From Blastocatellia bacterium (lineage in GTDB: Bacteria; Acidobacteriota; Blastocatellia; UBA7656), in NCBI GenBank assembly GCA_035248905.1, contig DATFGX010000010.1, positions 175,468 through 239,467 of the forward strand: 64,000 nt of DNA, written 5' to 3'. Positions 16,361 to 25,839 of this stretch are shown piece by piece. A program made the position numbers and the translations under genes. Position 1 is the stretch's first letter, and the number at the start of each line of letters is the position of its first letter. The notes under the pieces were generated by a model. That model made no database searches and had not been told where the DNA came from. It saw nothing but the letters and a program-made list of their open reading frames with translations.

Positions 16361-18274
16361 CTACTTGTCTAAAACCTCGCGCACCTTGCGAACCAGCGCC
16401 AGCGGCGTGAACGGCTTCTGCAAGAATGACAGCCCGGAGTCGAGCACGCGGTGATGCACGATGGCATCGTCCGTGTAACCGGACATGTAAATCACGCGCA
16501 TCTCCGGGTGCAGCGGCTCAAGGCGGTTGGCCAGCTCGCGCCCGCTCATCTCCGGCATCACCACGTCTGTGAGCAGCAGTTGAATCGGCCCTTGATGGCG
16601 CTCGCAGATCAACAGCGCCGCGCCGCCGTTGGCGGCTTCAAGGACCTGGTAGCCGTACATCTCCAGCACTGCACGCGCCAGTTGCCGCACCATCTCTTCG
16701 TCCTCGGCCAGCAGGATCGTCTCGCTGCCGCGCAGCGCTTCTTCGACTTTGGCGTCCGGCTGATAGGCCGGCGCGCCTTCGCCGCAGTGCGGCCAGTAGA
16801 CCTTGAAGGTGGTGCCGCGGCCGGGTTCGCTGTAGACCCAGACGCTGCCGCCCGACTGCCGGGCAATCCCGTAGACCGTCGACAGCCCCAGCCCCGTGCC
16901 CAGCTCTTTGGTCGTGAAGAACGGCTCGAAGATGCGCTTCTGCGTCTCGGCGTCCATGCCGATGCCCGTGTCGCTGACGGCCAGCATCACGTGAGCGCCG
17001 GGGGTGACGCCGAGGTGATATTTCGCATACGTGTCGTCGAGTTCAACGTTGGCCGTCTCGATCGTCAGCTTGCCGCCCTGCGGCATGGCGTCGCGAGCGT
17101 TGACGCAGAGGTTCATCATCACTTGCTCGACCTGTCCGGGGTCGGCTTTGACGTAGCCCAGCCCTGAAGCCAGCACCGTGCGCAGCTCGATGTCTTCGCC
17201 GATGACGCGGCGCAGGATCTTTTCCATCTCCGCGACGATGGTGTTGAGGTCGAGGACTTTCGGCTGCAAGATCTGCTTGCGGCTGAAGACCAGGAGTTGA
17301 CGGGTCAGCGCCGCGGCGCGCTCGCCGGCTTTGTGTATCTCTTCAAGGTGGTGGTAGAGCGGCGCGTCGGGGTCGAGCTGCATGAGCGCCAGCTCGCTGT
17401 AGCCATTAATCACCGTCAGCAGGTTGTTGAAGTCATGGGCGATGCCGCCGGCCAGGCGACCCACGGCTTCCATCTTCTGCGCCTGACGCAACTGTTCTTC
17501 GAGCTGCCGCCGCTCGGTGACATCGCGGGCGATGCCCTGCACGCCGACCGGCACGCCGTCCTGATAGATCAGCCGCGTGTTGACTTCGACGGCGATGCGC
17601 CGGCCATCCTTGGCGATGATCTCCAGGTCGTAGATCGTCGGCGCTCCACCGGCCAGTTTATTTACCATCATCTGGCGGGCCTTCTCGATGTACTCTGGCG
17701 CGACCGTCTGCGTGAGGTTCATCTTCATCGCCTCTTCATGCGTCAGCCCGGTGATCAGCTCGCCGGCTTTGTTCATCGAGGTGTAATTGCCTTTGAGGTC
17801 ATGCGTGTAGATAATGTCGCGGGCGTTCTCGACCAGATCGCGGTAGCGCTCCTCGCTGTCGCGCAATTCTTTCTCGGCCTGGTGGCGGGCGCGGCGGTGC
17901 TCGGCCTCGCGCCGCTCGCGCTCGATGGTCGGCACCAGGCGCACGAGATTATCTTTCATCAAGTAATCTTGCGCGCCGGCTCTCATCGCGGCGACCGCGA
18001 CCTCTTCGCCGACGGTGCCGGAGATGATGATAAAGGGGATGTCCAGCCCCATCTCGTGCAGCACAGCCAGGGCTTCGAGGGCGTTGAACTGCGGCATGGA
18101 GTAGTCGCAGAGGATCACATCCCATGGCTGCGCCCACAGCGCGGCGCGCATCGCCTCGGCGGTCTCGACGCGCTCGGCAACCAGGTCGTAGCCGGCGCGC
18201 GACAGATGGCGGTCAAGCAGCGCCTGGTCGCGCTCGCTGTCTTCGATGTGTAAGACTCGTAATCGTTGCGTCAT
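16361..18274 (-). CDS. Hybrid sensor histidine kinase (REC-PAS-HisKA-HATPase-REC)
   Basis: Canonical N-terminal receiver (VILCDYSMP, IIISG, YLMKD), a PAS domain, H-box GIAHDFNNLLT, an ATPase domain (DTGIGMD, GTGLGLS) and a C-terminal receiver (LLLTDVVMPEMSG, LQKPF). Confidence 0.9.
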   Translation of the reverse strand: MTQRLRVLHIEDSERDQALLDRHLSRAGYDLVAERVETAEAMRAALWAQPWDVILCDYSMPQFNALEALAVLHEMGLDIPFIIISGTVGEEVAVAAMRAGAQDYLMKDNLVRLVPTIERERREAEHRRARHQAEKELRDSEERYRDLVENARDIIYTHDLKGNYTSMNKAGELITGLTHEEAMKMNLTQTVAPEYIEKARQMMVNKLAGGAPTIYDLEIIAKDGRRIAVEVNTRLIYQDGVPVGVQGIARDVTERRQLEEQLRQAQKMEAVGRLAGGIAHDFNNLLTVINGYSELALMQLDPDAPLYHHLEEIHKAGERAAALTRQLLVFSRKQILQPKVLDLNTIVAEMEKILRRVIGEDIELRTVLASGLGYVKADPGQVEQVMMNLCVNARDAMPQGGKLTIETANVELDDTYAKYHLGVTPGAHVMLAVSDTGIGMDAETQKRIFEPFFTTKELGTGLGLSTVYGIARQSGGSVWVYSEPGRGTTFKVYWPHCGEGAPAYQPDAKVEEALRGSETILLAEDEEMVRQLARAVLEMYGYQVLEAANGGAALLICERHQGPIQLLLTDVVMPEMSGRELANRLEPLHPEMRVIYMSGYTDDAIVHHRVLDSGLSFLQKPFTPLALVRKVREVLDK

Positions 18275-18283
18275 GCTCAGCGC

Positions 18284-18724
18284 TCATTCGTTGGGGGCGA
18301 CCTGATTCAAGACCAGCCAGTAGAGGCCCAACTGCCGGGTCGCTTCGAGGAACTGTTCGAAGTCCACGGGCTTGCGGACGTAGCTGTTGGCCCCCAGGTT
18401 ATAGCTCTTCACCAGGTCTTCTTCTTCGCCGGACGAGGTGAAGATGACCACCGGCAGCCGCCGCGTGCGCTCATCGGCGCGGATCGCTTCGAGGACTTGC
18501 AGGCCATCCACCTTTGGCAGCTTCAGGTCGAGCAGCACGACCTGCGGCATCTCGCGCAGGTCGCGGCCGTTGTAGCTGCCGGTGGCGAACAGATAATCGA
18601 GCGCCTCGACGCCGTCGCGTGTCACGACAACCTCATTGGCGATGTTGCTCTTGCGCAGGGCGCGCAAGGTCAAGGCTTCGTCTTTGGGATTGTCCTCAAC
18701 CATTAAGATCACTTTCTTCTCCAT
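18284..18724 (-). CDS. Single-domain CheY-like response regulator
   Basis: MEKKVILMVEDNPKDE...VVLLDLKLPKVDG...IFTSS...VRKPV; all phospho-acceptor pocket residues are canonical. The start at 18724 is chosen over the ORF-track start, giving a 29-nt overlap with the upstream kinase. Confidence 0.85.
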   Translation of the reverse strand: MEKKVILMVEDNPKDEALTLRALRKSNIANEVVVTRDGVEALDYLFATGSYNGRDLREMPQVVLLDLKLPKVDGLQVLEAIRADERTRRLPVVIFTSSGEEEDLVKSYNLGANSYVRKPVDFEQFLEATRQLGLYWLVLNQVAPNE

Positions 18725-21371
18725 GTTTGTGCTCCCTGAAATCTGCCAGTGTAAAGTAGAACGTGGCACCTGCGTTCACCTGGCCTTCGGCCCAGACGCG
18801 CCCGCCGTGGCGGCGGACGATGCGCTGCACGGTCGCCAGGCCGATGCCTGTACCTTCGAACTCCTTGCCGCTGTGCAAGCGCTGGAAAGCTCCGAACAAT
18901 TTGTTGACATAAGCCATGTCGAACCCTGCGCCATTGTCGCGGACGAAGTAGACCGCCTCGCCCGCCTGCCGCGTCTGCTCGAAGGTGATCTCGGCCTGCT
19001 CGCGCCTGGCGGTGAACTTCCAGGCGTTGCCCAGGAGGTTGCTGAGCATGACCTGGAGCAGTCGCTTGTCGCCGTGCGTTACCAGGCCGTCAGCAATCTG
19101 CACGCGGACGTTGCGCCCGGCGTCACGTTTGCGCAGATCGGCGATCACGGCGTGGGCGACTTCGCTCAGGCTGACTGTCTCGCTGCGCATCTCGCTGCGT
19201 GTGACGCGCGCCAGTTGCAGCAGGTCGTCAATCAACTGCGCCATCTCGCGGCTGGCGTCGCGCACCTCTTGAAGATAGCCTTTGCCCTCATCGTCGAGGC
19301 GGTCGGCGTAATCTTCGAGCAGCGCCTGCGAGAAGCCGTTGATGTGCCTGAGCGGCGCGCGCAGGTCGTGCGACACCGAATAAGAGAAGGCTTCCAGCTC
19401 GCGGTTGGCGGCTTGCAATTGTGCGGTGCGCTCGGCGACGCGCTGTTCGAGTTCTTCGTTAAGGCGGCGCACCTCTTCTTCGATGTGCTTGCGCTCGGTG
19501 ATGTCGTTGTTGACTTCGACAATGGCCGTCGGCTCGCCCTGCTCGTTCTTGTGCAGCATCCAGTGGCTGGCGACGACGATGCGCCCGCCGTCGCGGCGCG
19601 TGTGCACCATCTCGCCTTCCCAATGCCCGGCGACGAAAACGGCGGCATTAATCTCTTCCAGCGGCTGCGGGAATTCTGTGCGCAGCAGGTCATGGGAGAC
19701 CTGGGCGATGGCTTCGTGTTCGGCCCAGCCGTACATCTGTTCGGCGCCGGTGTTCCAGAACATCAGGTGGCCTTCGAGGTCACGGATGAGCACCGGCGCG
19801 AGGTCGAGCATCTGCGCCTGTTCGCGCAACACCTCCTCGGCGCGCTTGCGCTCGGTGATGTCTATCGAGGCGGTGATCATGTGCGGCTTTCCGTCCAGCT
19901 CGATGATCTCGGCTGAGGTCAGGAAGGTGCGCAATTCGCCGCCCTTCATTCGGTAGCGGGTCTCGCGGTTGCGAATGCGCCCTTCGCGCTGGAGCCAGGC
20001 GACGGCTTCGGCGCGTGCCTGCGGCGTCGGCCAGATGCCAAGGTCGGCGGAGGTGCGCCCGATCACCTCTTCGCGGCTGTAGCCGGTCAGGCTCAGGAAC
20101 GTGTCGTTGGCGGCGACGTAGCGCCCTTCGTCGAGCGTCGCGATCACCGAAGAGATGGGGCTGGCGTTGAAGGCAATCGAAAAGCGCGCTTCGCTGGCGC
20201 GCAACGCCTGCATCGTGTGGTCGCGCTCGCTGATGTCGCGCATGATGACGGTGTAGAACTTCTGATGGTCGGACTCCAGTTGCGAGATGGAGGCTTCGAT
20301 GGGAAACTCCTGGCCGTCGGCGCGCAAGCCGTAGACCGCCCGCGAGCCGGCCATGGCGCGCGTCGTGGTGCCGGTCTGCCCGAAGGCGCGGATGTGGTCG
20401 GCGTGCTTGGCGCGGAAGCGCGCCGGGATGAAGCGGTCGAGCGGCTGGCCCAGGGCCGACGAGGCCGGGCAGCGAAACATCCTTTCGGCCGCCGCATTGA
20501 ACAGGATGATGCGCTGCTCGCCGTCCGCCGTGATGATCGCGTCCATCGCCGAGCGGATGATGCCTGCCAGTTGCTCCTGGCTGCTGCGCAAGGTCTCTTC
20601 GATGCGTTTGCGCTCGGTGATGTCGACGATGGTGCCCAGCACCATCATCCCCTGCTCGGTCTCTAGCGGGTTCAGGCCGATCTCGACAGGGAACTCGCTG
20701 CCATCCTTGCGCAAGCCGTAAAGGTCGCGCCCCGCGCCCATCGGCCTGGCCGTCGGCGCGCTCAGAAAGCTGCTGCGGTAAGCCGTATGCCCGGAGCGGA
20801 AGCGCGCCGGCACGAGCTTCTCTATCGATTCGCCGATCAACTCATCACGGCTGTAACCGAATAGGTTCTCGATCTGCGTATTGACCAGGGCAATCTTGCC
20901 TTCCGAGTCGACCATGACCATGCCGTTCGGCGCCCGCTCGATGACTTGATGGAAGCGCGCCTCGCTCGCGCCCACGGCTTCGCGCGTGCGCCGGCGCTCG
21001 ATCAGTTGCGCGACTTTGGTGACCAGATGCAGCGCCTCGAAAGGCGCTTCAAGATAATCATCCGCCTCCGCCTGCAATTCGGCGGCGAGCCGCGCTTGAT
21101 GGTGCCGGTCAATGATCAGCAGGATCGGCGTCGCGCCCAGCCCTGCATGCGCGCGCATCCGGCGGCAGATGTCGATGCTCCCCATCGGCTGCGCCCCGAC
21201 TTCGCTGATGATGATGTCCGGAGATTCGCCCTGCGCCAGAGCAAAAGCCGCGCCGGCATCCGCCGCCGTCAAGACCGTATAGCCGGCGCGTTCCAGCAGG
21301 AGCCGCATCTGGCCGAGCTGGCGGCGGTTCTCGCTCATCAGTAGCGCCTTGTTTATGGCTTCTCTTTGCAT
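18696..21371 (-). CDS. Sensor histidine kinase with an N-terminal degenerate receiver and four PAS domains
   Basis: The REC-like N-terminus has Glu at the acceptor position (PDIIISEVGAQPMG) and APF for KPF. Four PAS-like segments follow, then H-box SHDLRAPLRHI and an ATPase domain (GNAWKFT, DNGAGFD, GTGIGLATV). Confidence 0.9.
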   Translation of the reverse strand: MQREAINKALLMSENRRQLGQMRLLLERAGYTVLTAADAGAAFALAQGESPDIIISEVGAQPMGSIDICRRMRAHAGLGATPILLIIDRHHQARLAAELQAEADDYLEAPFEALHLVTKVAQLIERRRTREAVGASEARFHQVIERAPNGMVMVDSEGKIALVNTQIENLFGYSRDELIGESIEKLVPARFRSGHTAYRSSFLSAPTARPMGAGRDLYGLRKDGSEFPVEIGLNPLETEQGMMVLGTIVDITERKRIEETLRSSQEQLAGIIRSAMDAIITADGEQRIILFNAAAERMFRCPASSALGQPLDRFIPARFRAKHADHIRAFGQTGTTTRAMAGSRAVYGLRADGQEFPIEASISQLESDHQKFYTVIMRDISERDHTMQALRASEARFSIAFNASPISSVIATLDEGRYVAANDTFLSLTGYSREEVIGRTSADLGIWPTPQARAEAVAWLQREGRIRNRETRYRMKGGELRTFLTSAEIIELDGKPHMITASIDITERKRAEEVLREQAQMLDLAPVLIRDLEGHLMFWNTGAEQMYGWAEHEAIAQVSHDLLRTEFPQPLEEINAAVFVAGHWEGEMVHTRRDGGRIVVASHWMLHKNEQGEPTAIVEVNNDITERKHIEEEVRRLNEELEQRVAERTAQLQAANRELEAFSYSVSHDLRAPLRHINGFSQALLEDYADRLDDEGKGYLQEVRDASREMAQLIDDLLQLARVTRSEMRSETVSLSEVAHAVIADLRKRDAGRNVRVQIADGLVTHGDKRLLQVMLSNLLGNAWKFTARREQAEITFEQTRQAGEAVYFVRDNGAGFDMAYVNKLFGAFQRLHSGKEFEGTGIGLATVQRIVRRHGGRVWAEGQVNAGATFYFTLADFREHKHGEESDLNG

Positions 21372-21773
21372 CTTCGGAACATTCCGTAACTATGGGACGA
21401 GGCGAGGTTCATCCCGCATCGCAAGCTCCGCCCTTGCTTGCTGGTCTATGCAATCATTCGAAGCAGTTCGCTACTGTTAAAGTGACGGTCTGCGATCAAT
21501 CGTCGCATGTTTTATGCACTTAGCCGCACGTAATCACCTGAAGGCCCTGTCGAATCGTCCTTTGAATCCGTGCGCTTCTCCAATCAATCGTCAGCGACCG
21601 CTCTTAGATAGCAGCGAGGTTATCTGGGCACTGATTCATAGGCTAGACTGCTCAATTATAACAAAATGAATAATTGATGCACGTCGGGGCAATGTTAATT
21701 TTTGTGTGGGGAATATCCCTACACACTTGTCCCCACGGCAAAGACAGGTAAAGCGGGATGATGGCCACCGCGA

Positions 21774-22049
21774 TTACTGGAGCATTTGCGCCATCCGCTC
21801 GGCGGCTTCGCTTGAGGTAACGACCGGCAGGATTTCGAACTCGACCAGGTCTTGCCAGGCCGCTACCCACTGAGGAAAGAGCGTGGCGTCGTCGGCTTCC
21901 ATCAGTTGAAAGCAACGGCCCAGGTCGGCTTCGACCCAGCTATCAACGTAGCGCAGCCCCGCCGGCAACATGCGACCTTTCTCACGGAAGCGGCGATAGA
22001 CCTCGCCGGCACAGCCTTCCTTGAAGCGTTCGATCACCATGAACAACAT
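21774..22049 (-). CDS. Small DUF3303-like protein
   Basis: 91 aa beginning MLFMVIERFKEG. Size and N-terminus are typical of the DUF3303 family as I recall it; no catalytic motif. Confidence 0.5.
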   Translation of the reverse strand: MLFMVIERFKEGCAGEVYRRFREKGRMLPAGLRYVDSWVEADLGRCFQLMEADDATLFPQWVAAWQDLVEFEILPVVTSSEAAERMAQMLQ

Positions 22050-22073
22050 CGCCTCTCCTCGCCCGCGCCGTCA

Positions 22074-22988
22074 TCAGCCGTGTGTCTTGATGAACGCCAG
22101 GCCGCGCTTGATGATCTCGCGCGACCGCTCGTTGTTGTCATCCACGTCAAAGCCATGATGACCTGCCGGGTGGTTCATCACTTCGACTGTGAGATTATTT
22201 GCCAGCGCCATCTGCACGAAGCGGTCAACGCCGCTGTTCAGGTCGGCGGCGTCAAGCCCGGCGCGAGCAATGAAAATCGGCGGCGTGTTTTTCTTGTTCT
22301 GGCTCAGGTGATAGACCGGCGAGAAGGCTCTCAACGTTTCGTCACTGACGGAGGCCGGCGCGACCCGCCGCAGGTTCTGCAAATCCAGCTCGGCGTAAAA
22401 ACAGACCAGGCAGCGGACGAATGGCGGCGCGTCACGCAGCGTCTGGCTGAGAAAGATTCCGCCCGCCGAAACCGCCCATAAAATGATGCGATCCCGATCA
22501 ACGCCGAGCGCCTCGGCATGGCTGCGGACATAGTTGACCGCGTCCGTCACGTCGCTCTGCGAGTCGGCCAGACTCTCCCAGGCATAGAAGCGGTGATTGA
22601 ACGTCACGCCGACCATCCCCGAAGCCGCGACCAGTTGCCCGTAAGAAACAAAAGCTCCCCAGTCTTTCGGCGTGGTGCGCAGGCCCCGCGGGATGCGACC
22701 GCCGTGAATGAAGATGACAGCCGGGCGCCGGGCCGATGGGCGCGCGCTGGCGGGCGAGTACACGTCCATCTTCAGCTCGCTACCGGCGACCTGTTTGTAA
22801 GTCAGGTTCTTTTGCACGCGGACGCGCTCCATGCCTGGGAGCGCGTAGACGATGCGCTTGGCCGCCAGCGCTTTAATCCACGGCGGGTCTTGCAACTGGC
22901 CGCCCTGCTGAAGCGGCTGCGCATCGGCTGCGAGCAACGCCGTCGCGATCACCACAAGCATCGCCATCCAGCTTTGAGTATGCTTCAC
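22074..22988 (-). CDS. Secreted alpha/beta hydrolase (esterase/lipase-like)
   Basis: Signal peptide (MAMLVVIATALLAADAQ), oxyanion-type IFIHGG, nucleophile elbow variant AVSAGG, and a C-terminal HHGF. Confidence 0.75.
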   Translation of the reverse strand: MKHTQSWMAMLVVIATALLAADAQPLQQGGQLQDPPWIKALAAKRIVYALPGMERVRVQKNLTYKQVAGSELKMDVYSPASARPSARRPAVIFIHGGRIPRGLRTTPKDWGAFVSYGQLVAASGMVGVTFNHRFYAWESLADSQSDVTDAVNYVRSHAEALGVDRDRIILWAVSAGGIFLSQTLRDAPPFVRCLVCFYAELDLQNLRRVAPASVSDETLRAFSPVYHLSQNKKNTPPIFIARAGLDAADLNSGVDRFVQMALANNLTVEVMNHPAGHHGFDVDDNNERSREIIKRGLAFIKTHG

Positions 22989-23049
22989 CGGGTCGTCTCC
23001 AATGTGATTTCGGCTGCGGGCGGCTCCAGTATACTACAACCTGCTTGAT

Positions 23050-25839
23050 TTAGATCAGCGGGCCGATGAGCGGAAACAGCTTGTCGTCAGGTTGCTCAGT
23101 GCTTGAGGACGAATCGTGAACGTGCGCGGCTGCGGGTTGCCGGCTCGCCTCGGTGAGCGGGATGGTGTCGGCGTCGTGCCAGTGAATCGCCACCTCGCCG
23201 CCGGGGTAAGCAAACGTGGTCGGGCGTGATTCGTCGTCAATGCCGAGTGACGAGAGAACGCGACCGAGCCAGTGGTCGCCCTTCACGCTACCCATGCCCG
23301 GCGCCGCCGAAATCATCAGGTGGTCGCGCGCCCGCGTCGCCGCGACGTACAGCAAACGCTTCTTCTCGGCGCGATCCATCTGCTGCTCGATCTCCTGAAA
23401 CATCACGTACGAAGCCGCCTGTAGATCATTGTGCGGCTCCAGATGATCGGCGCCGATGCGCACGGCGATGCCATAATCGACGTGCGTGGCAATCAGATCG
23501 CGCGACACGCGGCCTTTATAAGTCGCGTCCACCAGCCAGACGATGGGGAACTCCAGGCCCTTCGATTTGTGAACCGTCATCAAGCGCACCGCGCCGGCTT
23601 CTTCGACCGTCGCCTCGCCTTCGCGCGCCTCGCGAAACTGCATCTGGCCGACGCGCTCGACCAGCTCTGCCAGTGTCATTGAAGCAAGCGCCCGCGCCTG
23701 CTCGATGAACTTCTCGACGTTGGCCACGCGCCGCTCGCCGTGCGGCAAGCGCATCAAGGTCGCCAGGTAGCCCGTCGCTCTGAGCGCTTCAACGATCAGT
23801 TCGGCGGTGCTGACGCGCCCGGCCCGCGCCCTGAGCCGCGCGAGCACGTCACGCGCCGCCCGCACCGCCTCGCCTTCGGCTGCCGTGTGTTCGACCTTCT
23901 CGTCGCAGAGCGCTCGCCAGAGCGTGCGCCGCGGCGGCTCGCTGCGTAGTCTGAGCAACGTCTCATCCGACAGCGCGAAGATCGGCGAGCGCAGCACTGC
24001 CGCCAGACTCAGGTTGTCGTTCGGGCTAACGAGAAAGCGCAGCAGGTTCGTCAGGTCTGTGATCTCTTGCCGGTCATAAAAGCCGCGCCCGGCGATTGTC
24101 ACGTAAGGCACATTGGCGTCGGCGAGCGCCTGCTCGAAGAGGTCGAAGCTGGTCGAGGCTTGAAAGAGCAGCGCGAAGTCGCCGTACTGCGCCGGGCGCG
24201 GGCGGTCATCTCGGTCGCAGACGCAGAGGGTTTCTCGCTCGACGATCTCTCGGAAGCGGCGCGCCACCAGCGCCGCTTCGCGCTCGCGCAGCTCACCGGC
24301 CTTCAGCTTCTCGCCCGCGTCTTTGCTCTGCGTGATGATGTGCAGCTCGACCGCCGCCGCGTCGGCAGCCATGCGCCGGTGCGCGGTCATCGCTTCGTAG
24401 TCTGTGTCGTAACGGTTCTCGCGCCGGAAGATCGAATGGAAGAGATGATTGACGAACGCGATCAAGCGCTCGTGCGTGCGAAAGCAGGCGTTCATCGAAA
24501 CGTCGCGCCCGCCGCTGCTCGACCAGCCGTCGCGGATTTCATGAAAGACCGTCAGGTCGGCGCCGCGAAAGCGGTAGATCGATTGCTTGGCGTCGCCGAT
24601 GATGAAGAACTCGCCCGACTGCGGCGCGAGCCGCTTGAGGATGCGCGTCTGAATCGGCGCGGTGTCTTGAAACTCGTCTACCATCAGGGCGCGAATCAAG
24701 CCGCGCTCGGCGTTGTGGTATCGCTTGCAAATCTCTTCGTGCGTCGCGAGCATGCGCTCGGTCAGCTCTTCGAGGTCATTGAAGTCGAGCGCCGAACGGC
24801 TGCGCTTGAGCGCCGCGAACTGTTGCCGCGTCCGCCTGTACAACTCAGCGAGCCGCGCCGCGACTTCTGCCGCCGCGCGGTCGGCGTCATTCAATTCAAG
24901 CACGAGCAGCGCCTCGCCTTTGATCAAATCGCGCATGCGCGTGAGCGCATCTTTCACGTCGCCGAGCGCCTCCTGCGAAGGCCACTTCTTCGCCGAGCCG
25001 CCGCGCAAGACAATCACCGAACGGATGTCGAGCAACCGCTGTGGCAGCGCCGCATCCGGCGAATCGTTGATCTCTGCCAGCCGCGCCGCGACTTCGGCGC
25101 GGACTTGCTCGATCTTGTCTGTCGCATCAAGCGCCGCCAGCCGCGCGACCGCGCGCGCAGACTCGCGCCACTCGTCGCTTTCGACAAGGGCGCGCGCCGC
25201 CGCTTCACGCGCCTCGCGGAGCGATTGCTGCCACTCAGTGAAGATGTCCGCCGGCGTTTTGTCTTCCAGGCGGGCCATCGCCGCGGTAGCGCCCGCGCCT
25301 TGCCTGACCAGCGAGGTGAGCGCGGCTTCGACTTCGTGCGCCGACAGGTAGCTGAAGATGTCGATGAGAGACAGAGCCGATGGTCTGCTTTCGCGGGCGG
25401 CGGCGGCGAGCGTCGCTTCGATCGCCTGTTCGAGCAGCATGTCGGCTTCGATCTCTTCGAGCACAGTGAACGCCGGATCGATACGCGCCTCTGCCGGGTG
25501 GGCGCGCAGCAGCGCCGCGCACAGCGAATGGATCGTGCCGATGCGCGCCGAGTCGAGCGCGTTGCGATGCGCCCGCCAGCGCTCGCGCGCTTCCAGGGAT
25601 TCGGCGGCTTCGATGCGTTGGCGAATCTCGCGGCGGATGCGCGACACCATCTCGCGCGCAGCCTTTTCGGTGAACGTCACGGCGACGATGTCCGGCACAT
25701 TCCACGACGGGTTCTCTTCAAGCAGTCGCAAGAAGCGCTCGACCAGCACGCGCGTCTTGCCCGACCCGGCACCCGCCGAAACCAGCACGCGCTGCCGGCG
25801 CGTCTCGATTGCTTCGCGTTGTGCTTCAGTCCACTGCAT
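23050..25839 (-). CDS. UvrD/PcrA-family ATP-dependent DNA helicase
   Basis: Walker A GAGSGKT, then VDEFQDT, IGDAKQSIYRFRGA, TVHKSKGLEF and LYVAATRARD. The start is taken at MQWTEAQREAIE. No recognisable C-terminal nuclease domain. Confidence 0.85.
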   Translation of the reverse strand: MQWTEAQREAIETRRQRVLVSAGAGSGKTRVLVERFLRLLEENPSWNVPDIVAVTFTEKAAREMVSRIRREIRQRIEAAESLEARERWRAHRNALDSARIGTIHSLCAALLRAHPAEARIDPAFTVLEEIEADMLLEQAIEATLAAAARESRPSALSLIDIFSYLSAHEVEAALTSLVRQGAGATAAMARLEDKTPADIFTEWQQSLREAREAAARALVESDEWRESARAVARLAALDATDKIEQVRAEVAARLAEINDSPDAALPQRLLDIRSVIVLRGGSAKKWPSQEALGDVKDALTRMRDLIKGEALLVLELNDADRAAAEVAARLAELYRRTRQQFAALKRSRSALDFNDLEELTERMLATHEEICKRYHNAERGLIRALMVDEFQDTAPIQTRILKRLAPQSGEFFIIGDAKQSIYRFRGADLTVFHEIRDGWSSSGGRDVSMNACFRTHERLIAFVNHLFHSIFRRENRYDTDYEAMTAHRRMAADAAAVELHIITQSKDAGEKLKAGELREREAALVARRFREIVERETLCVCDRDDRPRPAQYGDFALLFQASTSFDLFEQALADANVPYVTIAGRGFYDRQEITDLTNLLRFLVSPNDNLSLAAVLRSPIFALSDETLLRLRSEPPRRTLWRALCDEKVEHTAAEGEAVRAARDVLARLRARAGRVSTAELIVEALRATGYLATLMRLPHGERRVANVEKFIEQARALASMTLAELVERVGQMQFREAREGEATVEEAGAVRLMTVHKSKGLEFPIVWLVDATYKGRVSRDLIATHVDYGIAVRIGADHLEPHNDLQAASYVMFQEIEQQMDRAEKKRLLYVAATRARDHLMISAAPGMGSVKGDHWLGRVLSSLGIDDESRPTTFAYPGGEVAIHWHDADTIPLTEASRQPAAAHVHDSSSSTEQPDDKLFPLIGPLI

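Noticed and set aside
21652-22481. ORFs 21652-21915 (-) and 21852-22481 (+) around the DUF3303 gene.
   Set aside because: They overlap the better-supported DUF3303 and alpha/beta hydrolase genes or extend into the AT-rich non-coding island, and their translations are featureless.
23050-25839. UvrD-like helicase as part of a phage-defence system (Gabija/AddAB-like).
   Set aside because: No adjacent nuclease, ATPase partner or other defence-associated gene. Its neighbours are an esterase, a PAP2 protein and an epimerase. It is most simply a housekeeping or repair helicase.
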